Part shown: positions 36,801-48,955 of the stretch, piece by piece
How the letters are laid out: each line of letters starts with the position of its first letter
How positions within the stretch are numbered: the stretch's first letter is position 1
Assembly (NCBI GenBank): GCA_040954595.2
Contig: CM082583.2
Span: 4,951,374-5,015,373, forward strand
Length of the DNA: 64,000 nt
Source: Balanoglossus misakiensis
Taxonomy: Eukaryota; Animalia; Hemichordata
Direction: 5' to 3'
Notes under the pieces: model-generated
Told to the model about the DNA's origin: nothing
The model's input: only the letters and a program-made list of their open reading frames with translations
The model's database searches: none
Made by a program: the position numbers and the translations under genes

Positions 36801-39800
36801 ATATGGTGTTACTGTGAATGGATCAGGGCGCCTGCACGCAGAGTCGACAAAGGCGTGATGGGTACACCTGAGTTCTCATCGACGCACCATTGTCCACTAT
36901 ACGCAGAATTACTAATTGCGGGTAAGAAAAGAAATTGGCGAGAAAAGCAAAGCAGAGGGGGTTGGGGCACTGGGGAAAAATCCTGGAACTGCCACACACA
37001 CAAACTGCACATCAGCTTCACCCTTTTATTAAAATATGATTTTGTAAGAACACTTTTTTAACACTGTGCTTCCACATCCCCCAGGTGGTATTGCTGAGAA
37101 CCACATCCCGAGGTGCCATTTCTGAGAACAGTTTTTTTTTTTTGTGTGTGTGTGTGTGTGTGTGGCAAGTATAGATATTGAGTGCGCAATGCTCAGAGAA
37201 AGATCTTCAAATTTTTCAACTTGTTCTGCCAAATGAAACTTGTCCAATCCCATGTAAGAATGGGGTCGTACGTTGAAAAGGACCAACTCTGCTGCCAGTT
37301 TGGGGGATTTCTCTAAACCGGTTCTTGTAAAACTTTGCGTGTTTTGTACACACTGCCCCCATACATATATCAGGAGAGTCTCCTCGTTTTTCTGTCCAAG
37401 ACCAAAGTGCTGCAAACAGGAGCAAGGAAGAGTCGAAAATCACCTCCATTAATTCAAAAGTAAAATCATGAAAATAATTCAAAATTTGGCAGCTATTGAG
37501 GCTTTAGATGATATTGCCACAGTACTGCTGTGTGTTTCAACTCACTGTAGCTGTTCTTGTACTTGGAAAAATTGACATCTATGAATTTGAGGTGCTAGTT
37601 CTACTTCCCCTTGAATTTAATTAATCTTACCACGGTCACTCCACAAAGAACTGAGTATTAGTTAGGTCATGTACGCGATGACTCGACCCAAACCAGATGA
37701 ATGGTTTAATGTTAAAAAACATGTACAATATGAACAATGGTTTACTCTAAAGACTTGTATAGATTAACCCGACTTCATCATTTCTGTAGGGGATCCACGG
37801 CTCTAAATCTCTATCCTGTGGATTTTGAAGTTTTAGCCCTTTTTGCAAAGCTAGTTCATTATCAAAATGACTTTGGCCTCCAGACCTTGGGCTGGCAATC
37901 GGATGATTATGTTTTTTTCTCTACTTGCGGAATTATTTTGAGATGAACAAGTTGTGATTCTGAAGGTGGATGGCTGGGGGCGGGGGCAAGGAAAATAATA
38001 CCTAATGCATTGGTCTTTGTTGAAAATTGGCTGCTGTATCGCTCTGAATAGGGATACCTCTTGCAGATTACCAGAAAGTATACAAATAGGTCTCTGCTAT
38101 AATTGCTTTGCTCTCGTTTTTTTGTCTTTTGATATTGCTAATCAGGGCAGTGCTTTTTCTGAGTAAACAACTTGGGACATGTGATCGAAATTGGTCACTG
38201 GGGTCATTTTCCTAATGAGGGCGCTTCCTGTTTGATGAGTAAAGCTTTGATGTCGAGGAGAAAGGTGATCAGTTGTAACATTTTTGGAAAAAGGGTAAAA
38301 GTACGACTTGCAAAGGAAAATATGTGAGGAAATTACGGTTTAAAAATGTATGTGTATCCCCCCCCCCTCTTTATTCTAAAATCAGATCAAATCCAATCAG
38401 CATTTCCACATATCCTCACGTTCGTAACATTTTCTTTGGCACCGTCTACCCTACTGGGAAAACGTCATTCAGTGCTCGTGTTACGGGCCACATATTTCCT
38501 TGACCCAGGGCACGCCGAAAGTTGTTTACGACTCTTTATGTCATAATTTGCGGTAGCCAAGAGTGGCGGGATGACTCAATTTATACCTTCCATTTACAGA
38601 TATTAATATACTGCAATTCCATCAAGAAATGTATCATACAATGTAATGAGTGCGGGGCAATCTGGTTACAGCCGTGCCCAAGGGGCGAAAGCTGTCTCAA
38701 CCGCTCGTCTCACCGTGCTTTCTGGCGATTCTTAACCCCAGCTCCGCTTAATTCTCAATTCAGCGGGCTGTCATTAAAACGAATGAAAGCGGCTGGGGTG
38801 TAAAGAATGCCTGTTCTATCGTAAGACTTTGGCTTTTTTTAATGGTTTTCAGTGCCAGGGCTTAAGATCTAAGATCAGCCGTCTTAAAAAAAAGATCCGC
38901 CGACGGACGAAATTGACTTTCAAAGTTAGGGGAACATGCCAGGCTGCCTTCCCCCCGGGCTATAGTATATGTGAGTGCCAAATACGAGCCCGACTCCAGG
39001 ACTGGCGCGAACTGGAAGGCCTTGTAGTAAGATCAGCGTCTCGCAATTAGCTCCTCGAGTGCGAGGTGTTGGGTCAACTTGCCAGAGTGAGGGTGAAGTT
39101 GATGTTGTCCCATTTGTCGTTTATTGCCGGCAATTTGGGGGAGGGTTAACACGGCGCTGGCAGCCGTTGGCCTTACATGGGCAGACACACTCGGATGGCG
39201 GGTTAATTACATCTTCCCACTTTTGGCGTGTAAATCATTGAGGAAAAATTACACCCAAGTTATATGGGAATATCGGCCCGAACCTTTTATGGCGAACCAG
39301 TAATTGACTCGTTTTTTTCGCCTAACTGCTCAGTCCCGCGGGGCATCCGAGCAGAGAGCCACGCACTAGCTGAGTTAGGCGTGCGTGACTTGTGACACCA
39401 CATCCATTTTGTTGACAGCTCGGCTGACTGGCAGGTGAAAGTTAGGGAAGTTTTTGCTTTGATTAAGCACTTGGCTGTGACCCCACTGGCCTCGCATTAA
39501 TGAAGATAAATAGATCACCAGCGAAAAAAAAAAAATCCATGGCATGCTCTGTGTGGAACGTAATTTGTCCTTTGTCATCCACGGAGTAATTCCATGGCAA
39601 CCCCCGAGGAATATTCCACACGTCGAACGTGACAGGTCTTCCGAAATAATTCCAGATTCCGGTGTAATTGAATTTTATTTGTATCCCTTTAAAAAGACTG
39701 TCAGCGACTTTTTTAAATTCTGGCAGAAAGGGGTGCTGCCCTCTGTTCTTATTGAGCAGGAGTCCTACACTGCCACGGTGACAGAGAGCATTCAATTTCA

Positions 39801-42012
39801 CCAAGCACCCCCTCGCCTCTGCCCCCGGGTCCTGATCCCTGCACGAATGTAAGACGTTGGTTGCAGATCGGTGAAAGACCTATCGTATTATCCAGACTGG
39901 CCTTTCTTCTACCGAGAACCCTTTCAATGTTGAAATAAAATAAAAAGAGCTGTCTCTAAAAGTCTGCCAACAATACCCCAAGACAGAAAATCTGAAATTG
40001 CTTAAGACGTGATGGTTGACTGCAGTCACCACTGAGGGCTACAAGACTTGCTACTGGAATTGCAAACTGCAAGGTTTTCAGATGCTATTTAGGCAGCAGC
40101 CTTAAATAATAATGTGAGAATAATACTTAGAAATTGCTGTGTTTTCATAAAGTACAGTTCAGTTTCCACAATTTCTATTACTTGTTTGAAGTAATCATTT
40201 TGGAGTAAAAATTCTCTACCCACAAGTATATGGTGTGTACATGTTTGTGTGTGTGTTTGTGTGTGTTTGTACATGCGTGTGTATGTCTATATTTATCGCT
40301 GCTCTCTGCCATGTATTTGGTCTCTGAATGAAGGGAGAAAGACCTCTCTCGGTTTGAACCCACTGTAAAGAGCCAGGCCACATTTCCCCAAGCAGAGCAC
40401 CTTGTTTTAACCTACACCCAGCATTTCGCAGTATCCTCAGTTTTGTATACACACGGTTTGCATGAAATTGAAACAGACCTCATTAACATTGAAATTGCCA
40501 GGGCTATCGGATTTAAAATTTCATTCTGTTTGCCCCCGCGTATTCATTACCCCGTGGCCCGAGCTCTGACTGCGTGTTTTCTTTTCTCCCCTAAGCGGGG
40601 CAAACGGTCTGTGTGTTTATGTACTTAACATGCACGAAAGGGGGAAGCATTAGCATTGAAATTGATGTTGATCATGGGTTTCGGATTTGTCACGGCATGT
40701 GTAATCCTCGCCCTGACATTATTTTTATGTCAATATATCAGATCCATAATGCGTTTCTTTGGGTCGCGGTCACAGATCTATGTCATGCATCACTGTATGA
40801 AAAAATTCCGACGTCCTTGAGGATTGAGAAGTGTGGCGAATTCATTCTGTTTACAAAATATTGTTGCACGTATTGTCACTGGATCATCTTGTGTTTTGAA
40901 TGTAAAACGAACGGCTTGTCTTTGCTAAGGTCAAGTAAAAAACAAAAGGTTTGTTCTTGCACTGAGAATAATTTATGTACAAGCATTTAGTGATACACCT
41001 ATGATATGTACAGCAAAATTTTTGTACTACAGACTCTCAGATCCATATATTTGTCGCAAGAATTGTGATATGATGGGAAAGAAAAATGTAAAGCTTGTTC
41101 TTAAATGATGTATGGGACAAAAAGTACTGTAAATGTCTTTGGTCTGAGGGAACAAAAGTAAATAGATGTGAAACTGGGGTAACATAATCAATGGTTCATT
41201 TGTATTTTTATATCAGTTTGGTATGATTATGGAGAACTGAAATGAAATGTTTTGAGAAACCCCCAGAAACCAAAACTGGTTTTGCTCACCTTACCGTAAA
41301 ACACTGTAATAGGACTCCCTCAGTTGTAGTATACCATCAAGTAAGATTAGCTGTGTCCCGTACAGAGTATAAGATTGTAATTCCAACAGCAGTAAATAAA
41401 CTTAATAATATGTTATTCAAAGTCAGTGGATTGACAATAGTGAGCAGTCTCTTAATATTATTCAGAAAATATGGAAACTAACAAAGATGTGCATTTTAAA
41501 CTTCAATATGTGTAACACTCACTTTCACTGGAACTTTGGTCTGAAAATTTACTTTGTGATTTGTTTCCTTTAGAAACGGCGAACTGCCCTGCGTTATGTC
41601 AGTGCAACAAATAATTAGCATGTTCATGAAATTTGAAGTTGCAATTTCAATTTTCAATGTCATGGACCTATAATGATTGAGTGTCGCTTGCTGACATGCT
41701 TTTTCTCTTCCACTTTGTCTTTGATTACTTGCTTCAGGCAAGGGGTCGGGGTTTGTACATTGTACAAATGTCGATTTGCCACGGCCCCCTGCTCTTGCCC
41801 TGAATTTCAACGATTAGTTCGCCAGTGAGATTTAATTTTCCTTTCTCCCTCTCTCAATCTAATTTCAGCAAATGGAGAAGTTCACGTGTGGGGTCGCGCC
41901 AAGCCCTGTGGCTCTGCCAAAGAGGACCTCTTACTCCCGCAGGCCAAGATGGTTCCTGGATCGGCGGTCGTCCGAGTCGCCGGTGGTACGTCCCACAGTT
42001 TGGCGCTGACAG
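18498..42012 (+). CDS. RCC1-repeat (beta-propeller) protein, six exons found, 3'-partial
   Basis: Spliced frame of about 340 codons with repeated RCC1 motifs: IACGASHT, YAWGNGNSGQLG, VACGSRHT, YSFGNNYNAQLG, VACGERHS, GCNANGQIG, VACGAHHT, VAGGTSHSL. All junctions GT-AG and in phase. Orthologue not identified. Confidence 0.9.
21868..21910 (+). CDS. RCC1-repeat gene exon 2 (NNEIYAWGNGNSGQ)
   Basis: ttcttttcag acceptor, CA|GTAAGT donor, 43 nt, in phase. Confidence 0.9.
22037..22092. mobile_element. Minimal pogo/Tigger-like MITE
   Basis: TA-CAGTAAAACCT...AGGTTTTACTG-TA. Confidence 0.65.
22706..22797. mobile_element. 74-bp palindromic mini-transposon (TAGCC...GGCTA) with 9-bp direct repeats
   Basis: Near-perfect hairpin 22715-22788 flanked on both sides by CAATAGAGG. 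Confidence 0.8.
23602..23803 (+). CDS. RCC1-repeat gene exon 3
   Basis: LGCGDRE...VACGSRHT...QLGYD; donor CAG|GTAAGA. Confidence 0.93.
27823..27932 (+). CDS. RCC1-repeat gene exon 4
   Basis: VKPHLL...VTQVACGERHSVFL; donor GG|GTGAGT. Confidence 0.92.
28614..28824 (+). mobile_element. MITE family A (TA target site, Tc1/mariner-pogo/Tc2-like), full copy
   Basis: TA-CTGTAAAACAGGTTATTTT ... AAAATAACCCGTTTTACAG-TA; homologous to 48576-48789 and 5643-5749. Confidence 0.85.
29850..29949 (-). mobile_element. MITE family B (TTAA target site, CCCTT termini; piggyBac-like)
   Basis: TTAA-CCCTTTCACC...GGTGAAAGGG-TTAA; homologous to the 47328 and 48862 copies. Confidence 0.75.
36645..36769 (+). CDS. RCC1-repeat gene exon 5
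   Basis: CNANGQIGIG...VACGAHHTLAI; long pyrimidine tract; donor G|GTAAGT. Confidence 0.93.
37133..37164 (+). repeat. Poly-T plus (TG)n microsatellite
   Basis: Direct reading. Confidence 0.85.
41869..42012 (+). CDS. RCC1-repeat gene exon 6
   Basis: NGEVHVWG...VAGGTSHSLALT; donor AG|GTAAGG. Confidence 0.92.
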
Positions 42013-45000
42013 GTAAGGATGCACATTCTGTTTTCCTGCAGTGGTTCCACCCACCCCTCTCGCGCCCCCCCTCCCTTTGAGGTGAATCTCCTCTGTTACA
42101 CTCACCCATAAAAAAAAATCAAGCAGATGCCGTGTTTAACCCAGTGGTAAACAGAGCGCATCTTCTGCCCAGATTGAGATTTATGCATTATACATCGCCT
42201 CCGGGCAAAATCCAAATAAACTCTAATACCCACACTCCGTCAAAGTGTACCTCTACCGCGCACGCAACAAACAAAAAAATCATCTGATATTTCCTTCAAT
42301 TACCAGGTAAAAACAAGCGGATCAAAAAAAAATACCCCCAGGGGGAAATGGAGTTGCCCCCTTCTAATCACGGTATAGGTGAGCGGTTGAGGTTAAAGTC
42401 AGGGGTTGGAGGGGTGACAGCAGTGTATTATCCGAGGGGTCAGTCACTCCATAAACCTTTCAAAGATTGCTCTGTGAATACATACGTTCAGCTTTGTGGC
42501 TTTCTTGCCCTAAACCCACGGCCCTCAAATTATTTTAAAATTGAATACGCCACAAGGTGATCCATCACCATTGCATTATTTATATTCATGCATCTGTCCA
42601 CCTTTTTTCCCCTTTCCTTTGTTTTTTTTTATCTTTTCAAAAAGTCTGTGTAGATAATTTCTTCAGTGCGCCAAGGTCCTGCACTCGCAACTTGTTTTCG
42701 TGAAGTCATTTTCTTGTCTTAAGAGTGCACCATGAGAATTGTACACCCGTGAGTGGGGATAGTTTTTATTTCAGCAAGATCTTGCACAAGTCAAAAAAAT
42801 TGGAACCCTGGAACCGTAATTCTCGCATCTGGGTGGGATGTAATAATTGTACATAGAGGTTACTTGAAGAGGCCAAATAAACATAAAAATATGAAGTGAA
42901 TTAGATCAGAGAAAAAGATTTTTTGGGTTTGAAATGCAAGGAAGCCCAATCATATTTTCTTGCGCTCCTGAAAATGAAGGTCAGGTAAAAAAAATTAAGT
43001 GTGGATTTAGTAAAAATTAAAATATGACGGATTTGCCGATTTTTACAACAGGCCTGAGAATACTACTATGAGCGCAGAAAATCCTTCCCCGAGTTACTGA
43101 TGCTAAAATAGATGTTGCCCTAATCCTCTAATGCTCCCATTTGTATCCATATTTTTTTACTTTTGCATGAGGGTGCGCATTATGTGGAATTAGCTGCTCG
43201 CTTTCCCTGGCGCTCTGAACTTGATACGGAGCTCATTTTCAGCAAATACCGAACCTTGAACTTCTTTTCTCAAAAAACAGAGAGAGCCCCGGTAAGCCAC
43301 GGTTGCAGATCACGGTGCTGATGTACTGCCAGGTGCAAATATCACCTTTAATCCAATAGGTGAAGTCTCCCCTGTAGTCAAGCTCAGGCTTTAAGGATGC
43401 GCACACTGAAAAACATTAAACCTCTGTCTCTTTGTGCGCTGTACGCTCGTTTGTGCTCCCAGCATTCAGTGACACTTTCACAGGAGATATTGGATCCAGT
43501 GCTTTGAGTCTAAGAAAGTTTCACCCATATCGTCTGAAATCAAGATACTGTTATTTAACTAACAATTTCAATATTAAAGTCGCCTATCAGAACATAAAAT
43601 TTCTGAATCGAGCATCACATGTGTTAATGATTCAAATGTTTGGGTTTTTTCGGTGAGGGGGGGGGGGGAGGATTGATGAAATTAATATTATGGCACAACC
43701 TGTATTTAACCAACCACCAAAAAGGACTGAGCAAATTGTTCAGTTTGAAGAGGTGTCTGGTTTATATTATAGAGGTTCTTTTTAATGCTGTTCTATCCAA
43801 ACGGGACTGGAAAAGATGTTCGGTATAGACAGGTTTCCAGAATAGACAGGGTAAAAGATATTTATTGTTTTATATCAGAACGGAAGGAATACAGAAATTG
43901 TAATACAGTCTTTACATTCGTTTCCCAGCACTCATCTTTTTGCCGTGAAGAACTCTACTCTGCTGGAAGCTTTCCAAGAGTTTCCCTCCAGCTGTCTGAC
44001 CACGCAGACAAGGTGTTATTGTCACACACAAAATGGATTTTATTGCTGTTTACAGACTAAAACATTCCCCCTGCATGATGTACCGTCATTTATCTTTTGT
44101 AAAATCCCAGGTGTGTGATTTAAAGAAAAAATTATCCGTTTTGTCTCTTTTTTTTTCTCGCGGACAATAAGCCCATAGATGTTGTTTTGACACATCTACT
44201 CACATGTGACCCGGGCTTTCTGTTGAACAAGTCATGCGTAACTCAGACCGTTTGAGTTTTCTTTGTCGTCTGCAACAGAACAGGTCACAAATAAAAACAC
44301 AGACGGATGAAAGATCAGCAACCAGTGGCTTGGGACCGGCTCGTATTGTCAGCCCGTCTATAAATAGAAAACTGAACCCCTCCAGAAAACGTCACCGCTG
44401 CATGTGAATGAAAAAGGATGAGGGGGGGGGGGGGGGGGGGTAATCGTCTCTTAATGCAATATCAAGGACACCTACCCTGTGAGAATTTACTCATCCCTTA
44501 TATTTTCCCCGCCCGTGCTACCAGTACTTTTCTAAACCTGTTGCACAAAGCACGCCACTTTGCCGGCAGTGCAGGCTTCCGCGACAAAAGGGTTTTCCCG
44601 AATTATTCTCCCGAGCACGGCACTCGGCAAATGTTACGTGTGTCTGGCACATCGGCACTGCCAGTTCCCACTGGCCACCCTGGCATACATCTCAAATGTG
44701 AGGGCAATCCTTGAATGCAGCAATTAAGGCACACAGACTAAGTATAGAAAACCTGAACTTTCAGGTACTCTGCTGAACTTCTCGGTACGCCAGTGTTCAA
44801 CGTACACCTTGGAAATTATTTTCTTTGTGATGCACACCACCATAGAGCACTATACAGTGGATGGTCTTTATTGAAGCCTATAGCCAGCCAACAGGTGCAC
44901 GCAAGTTGCTTGGTTCTTGTGCTCGGCGAATCCCTCCCCTTTTGAGCCACTGCCAGCCATCCCATTGGCCAGTCAGCCAGAATTCACCTGCTTGACCAGC

Positions 45001-47327
45001 CAATCAGGGAGGTCGCCAGATCAGGAGTGTGTGGCCAGCATGCAGCAGTCACACTAAAACATATCCTGTTGGCCAATTTCTTTTATCAAGCCAGGTTATC
45101 AAGATAGTGGATGTCAGGTTTTAATAGAGAGCTGCAGTTTATCTCAAATTGGACTGATTTTAACACATACAGAAAAAAAATTTCAAACCATCTCATCATC
45201 CTGCACACAGAAAGTTAATGATAATTTTATTCTAACACAATGCCTAACTCAGGAAACTGGTGAAAAACATTCCCACGACCAAAAAAAGTTTTGCTACTTT
45301 CACTTCACAGATGGTCTCATTTTGGAAATCAATTTTTCGGGGGGTACTTGTACTCCATCTTCGTCATTTTAGGGTTGATTGATGGTCTACAGAGTACAAT
45401 TACCCTCGTTAAGGTAATTACCCATGACCTTCCATGGAGCTAATCATATCTCTGTTGTCATCAGTGACAAATTACCATCAGTGCATGATACCATCAACGG
45501 GTTCCCACTGTGTGTGTTTTCTATTGGCGGTCCCTAATTTTTTTTTTCTTACATCCTAAAGCACTTCTTGATGTTGACTTCTGGTGATTTGTACATCTGG
45601 CCTTTGGTGATGAGGTTTACAGTTGGGGGGGGGGGGGGGTGGAGGACTGAAGAGGCTTAATGTTAGGCACAGACTGCTGCTGTGTGGTAAAGGAAAAGTG
45701 ACAAGGAATTAGTGGCACAAACAAACACGTTTTCACCCATAGCCCATAATATTTAGCACTGTCTTAGCACACACAAAAAGATGGTGAACACCCTATTTCC
45801 TTTGTTTTCAAAAAGATTCCCCTCACACTTAAATATTGCAAAATATTGTAAAACTAAGGTTTGGAGATTGATCTATCACTTATCTGAAATCTTTTCTCCA
45901 GGCAAGTGCTACCTTTAAGAAGAACTGAGCTGTGCAATCTTCCGATCGTTTTCCATTTTCAGGTGTTCTCCAGTCGTGGCAAAAACAGCACATGCCCATT
46001 GTCGGTTTTACCTTTTATAACAGTAAAAGTCTGTTGATTTATTTTAACTCATCAAATTAACAAGAAAATCAGCTTGTCATCCAGGCTTTTGGGGCTTTAA
46101 CATGTTCATATGTGCAGTTGGAGAACAGGTCATCGGTGTTCACTTACACTCTTTAGTAACGTTTGAATTGGAGGTCAGGTGTCGGTGCCATTTGAACGAA
46201 CGACAGTGGTTACAGCAGGTTTTTTTCTCCTCCGCTGCAGCAGATGGACCTGTAAAACGATATATTTGGCCCCAGGGACAAGAAAAAAAAGACTGCAGAT
46301 GCTGTCAGCGGGGACTGTGGAGACAGTTTGATCGTTTTGGGCAAGGGAGTCACTGTACTGCATACATGTGTGCAACTCATTGGCAACCTGGGACTGCAGC
46401 ATCATACATGTATCTGCAGTGCACACAGAATGAAGTGCTGTGATGTACCCCAGGACCACAAACTCACTGCACATGGTAATTAGCTTGGGAGCTTCATTAC
46501 ACAGGGAAGTGAAAATTTTGAAGAATCAAAATCAGATGGCTGCAATTTTTACTTTTTTTCCCCTGCTAGTGTTTACTAATATTGCTTCCAGGGTGATGTC
46601 GATCATACCAGGGACTGTAAATGTTCCAAATGTGCCACATGTTCTCTTCCTGACATTTTCCATCCCATATGTCATGCATTTATTATTGGGAGAGATGCAT
46701 CACGTCTAGTGCCAGCAAGGTAAACAAACTGCTGAGTTTAATGTGTGTGTGTGTGATCACGTGTGCATTTTGATATGCTGGTAATAATCCGGACCAAAAG
46801 ACCGCCTCCTACCCGTCCGTTCACAACACTGCTATTTATGACCACTTTTCAAACAATCATCAAATGCACAGTTCATTTGTTTGAAGTTTCCACGCACTTT
46901 CCTTTTCTGTTGGTTTTAGCTGTTCTGTTTGTTTAAATTACCTGTCCTACACGGCCAGCATGCAAGCAAGTTTTTTTGAAGAAAAAAAGAAAGAGCTTCT
47001 ACCACTTTGATATTTTTTTCCAGGAGAACAATTAACATCTCCTTATTGCACACATGCCAGAAATGGAAATGGATGTCAACTTAAATTAGGGCGCCACCAA
47101 GTGGCATAACATGTGCAGTGTTCGTGCAGTGTTCCGCTATCAGTCTGGACCCTGGTGTACAATAAAAAAACAGCACTCTAATAACGAGAAATCACCCAGA
47201 AAAAAATCGCAGTGAGAATTTCTCGTGATGTTGATAAATGCAATCGGTTCATTTCAATCTGAGAATAGAGAATGACAGTGTCTTCTAATACCCTGTCAAC
47301 AGATGATTTGTCGAACCGGGCACTTAT

Positions 47328-47420
47328 GTAACCCTTTCACCACCATGGTTTGGTCCAACTCCATTGTTTGCAATGGCAGTGCTGGACCTTTATACAGGTT
47401 CATGGGGGCGGAAGGGTTAA
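47328..47420 (+). mobile_element. MITE family B copy
   Basis: TAACCCTTTCACCACCATGGTTTGGTCC...GAAGGGTTAA. Confidence 0.75.
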
Positions 47421-48575
47421 AGTGATGTGGTAGGATCTCTGAACGCTGTGGGTAATAGAGAAACTTAGTATTAGTGACAAGAAATAAACAAAAATAATGA
47501 AATGTGTGTAAATATAAAGCTTAAATGAGTGCCATGTTTTCTCAGCACTGATTGAGTATGTTTGCAGTGTGTCTCGCCAGAAAGAGAATGTGGCTAACAC
47601 ATGACATTAGATTTCAATAGAATGGCTGTTTCAAGATAGGGAAGCTGCGATAAAAAAGTACTTTGGTGACAGTACAGCAACTGGAATCAAGTCTGACCCA
47701 GACTTGTAGCGGTGGTGATATGTGGGATAAGAGGCATTTAACCCTGCTGTAAGCGGAAGGCTTTAAATTAGGCAGTGTCACATTTGGAGAGATGCACAGC
47801 TTATAACAGAGCCTTGTTTAATTGGCTGGCAGATGTCACATTGAACGCTGAGTATTAAAAACCACAAGAAATAGCGGCTGAACTAGCTCTCGTTTTCTGT
47901 ATTTAAATGATGATTTCAATGAGTTTGTCTTCATGGCATTGGAGATATGTCGTTGACAATTATGGCCGCAACATCACAGACTAGGCAAAATTTTGTGGAA
48001 AACTTTGTGCTTGAAACTTTGTTTTATGTATAGGGTGTCAAAATAATATTGCATGATGAATAATTGAGCAAGTTAGGGTAATTGCTGTGAAATTTCTAAA
48101 ACACATCGGTGAGTCTGTTTGTGCCCGCTTGTGTTGTGATTATTAGCTGTAAGTTACCCTGGGAACTTCTGGAGAAGGTCAGGTGCTTGTTTTGTAAATC
48201 CAGGCTTGAATTCCTATCTTCTGTCAGAAGTCAAGTAACGTGGACAGACAAAGTGTGATAGAAATTGCCAGTCACATGATTCATGGCTGGCGTTCTGCGA
48301 TTGCTCCTTGATTGATGATGGGTTTCATTGTGTTCTTGCTGGCCGTCTTTTTAATTGCAATCTAATTGAAGCTTATTGTGATGTCTGAGGGAGAAGATGG
48401 GGGTAATTTGTTCGTTTTTTCAGACTTGCAAAAAAAAATAATGAATGTATTGCACTTTTGAGGGAGAGAGCACACACAGGTGCACTATACTTGTTAACTC
48501 AAATCTTTTAATCTTTCAGGAAATCTTTACTGTAAGAATCATAATTTGTATGGTACTTTACAGTACCCCTGGAAG

Positions 48576-48789
48576 TACTGTAAAACGGGTTATTTTCGGG
48601 ACAGGAAATTTTCGCGATATCAAAAGAGGTAACTGTTATACGAGGATTAATTCTCTCGTTCTCTAATTTTATTCACTGCATTGTTATCTCCGAAAAACAT
48701 TTTACGTGACTTTTTATTTTCACCAATTTTTTGGCTCTCGTGTATTTCGCGAAAATTTATTGCTCGCGATAATAACCTGTTTTACAGTA
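48576..48789 (+). mobile_element. MITE family A, full copy
   Basis: Same TIRs and internal sequence (GGAAATTTTCGCGATATC...GAGGATTAATT). Confidence 0.85.
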
Positions 48790-48861
48790 TAGTTGAGACA
48801 TTCCCCTGTTTTGCGTCTCAGTGTGCACATTTCCCAGTCTCAAGACTATACAGGTTGCTTT

Positions 48862-48955
48862 TTAACCCTCTAACATTGCATGGTTTGGTCCGACTTCATT
48901 GTTCTCATTGGCAGCGCTGGACCTCTCCAGAGAGAAGCAGGGATGAAGGGGTCAA
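48862..48955 (+). mobile_element. MITE family B, diverged copy
   Basis: TTAACCCTCT...CATGGTTTGGTCC...GCTGGACCT...GAAGGGGTCAA. Confidence 0.65.
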
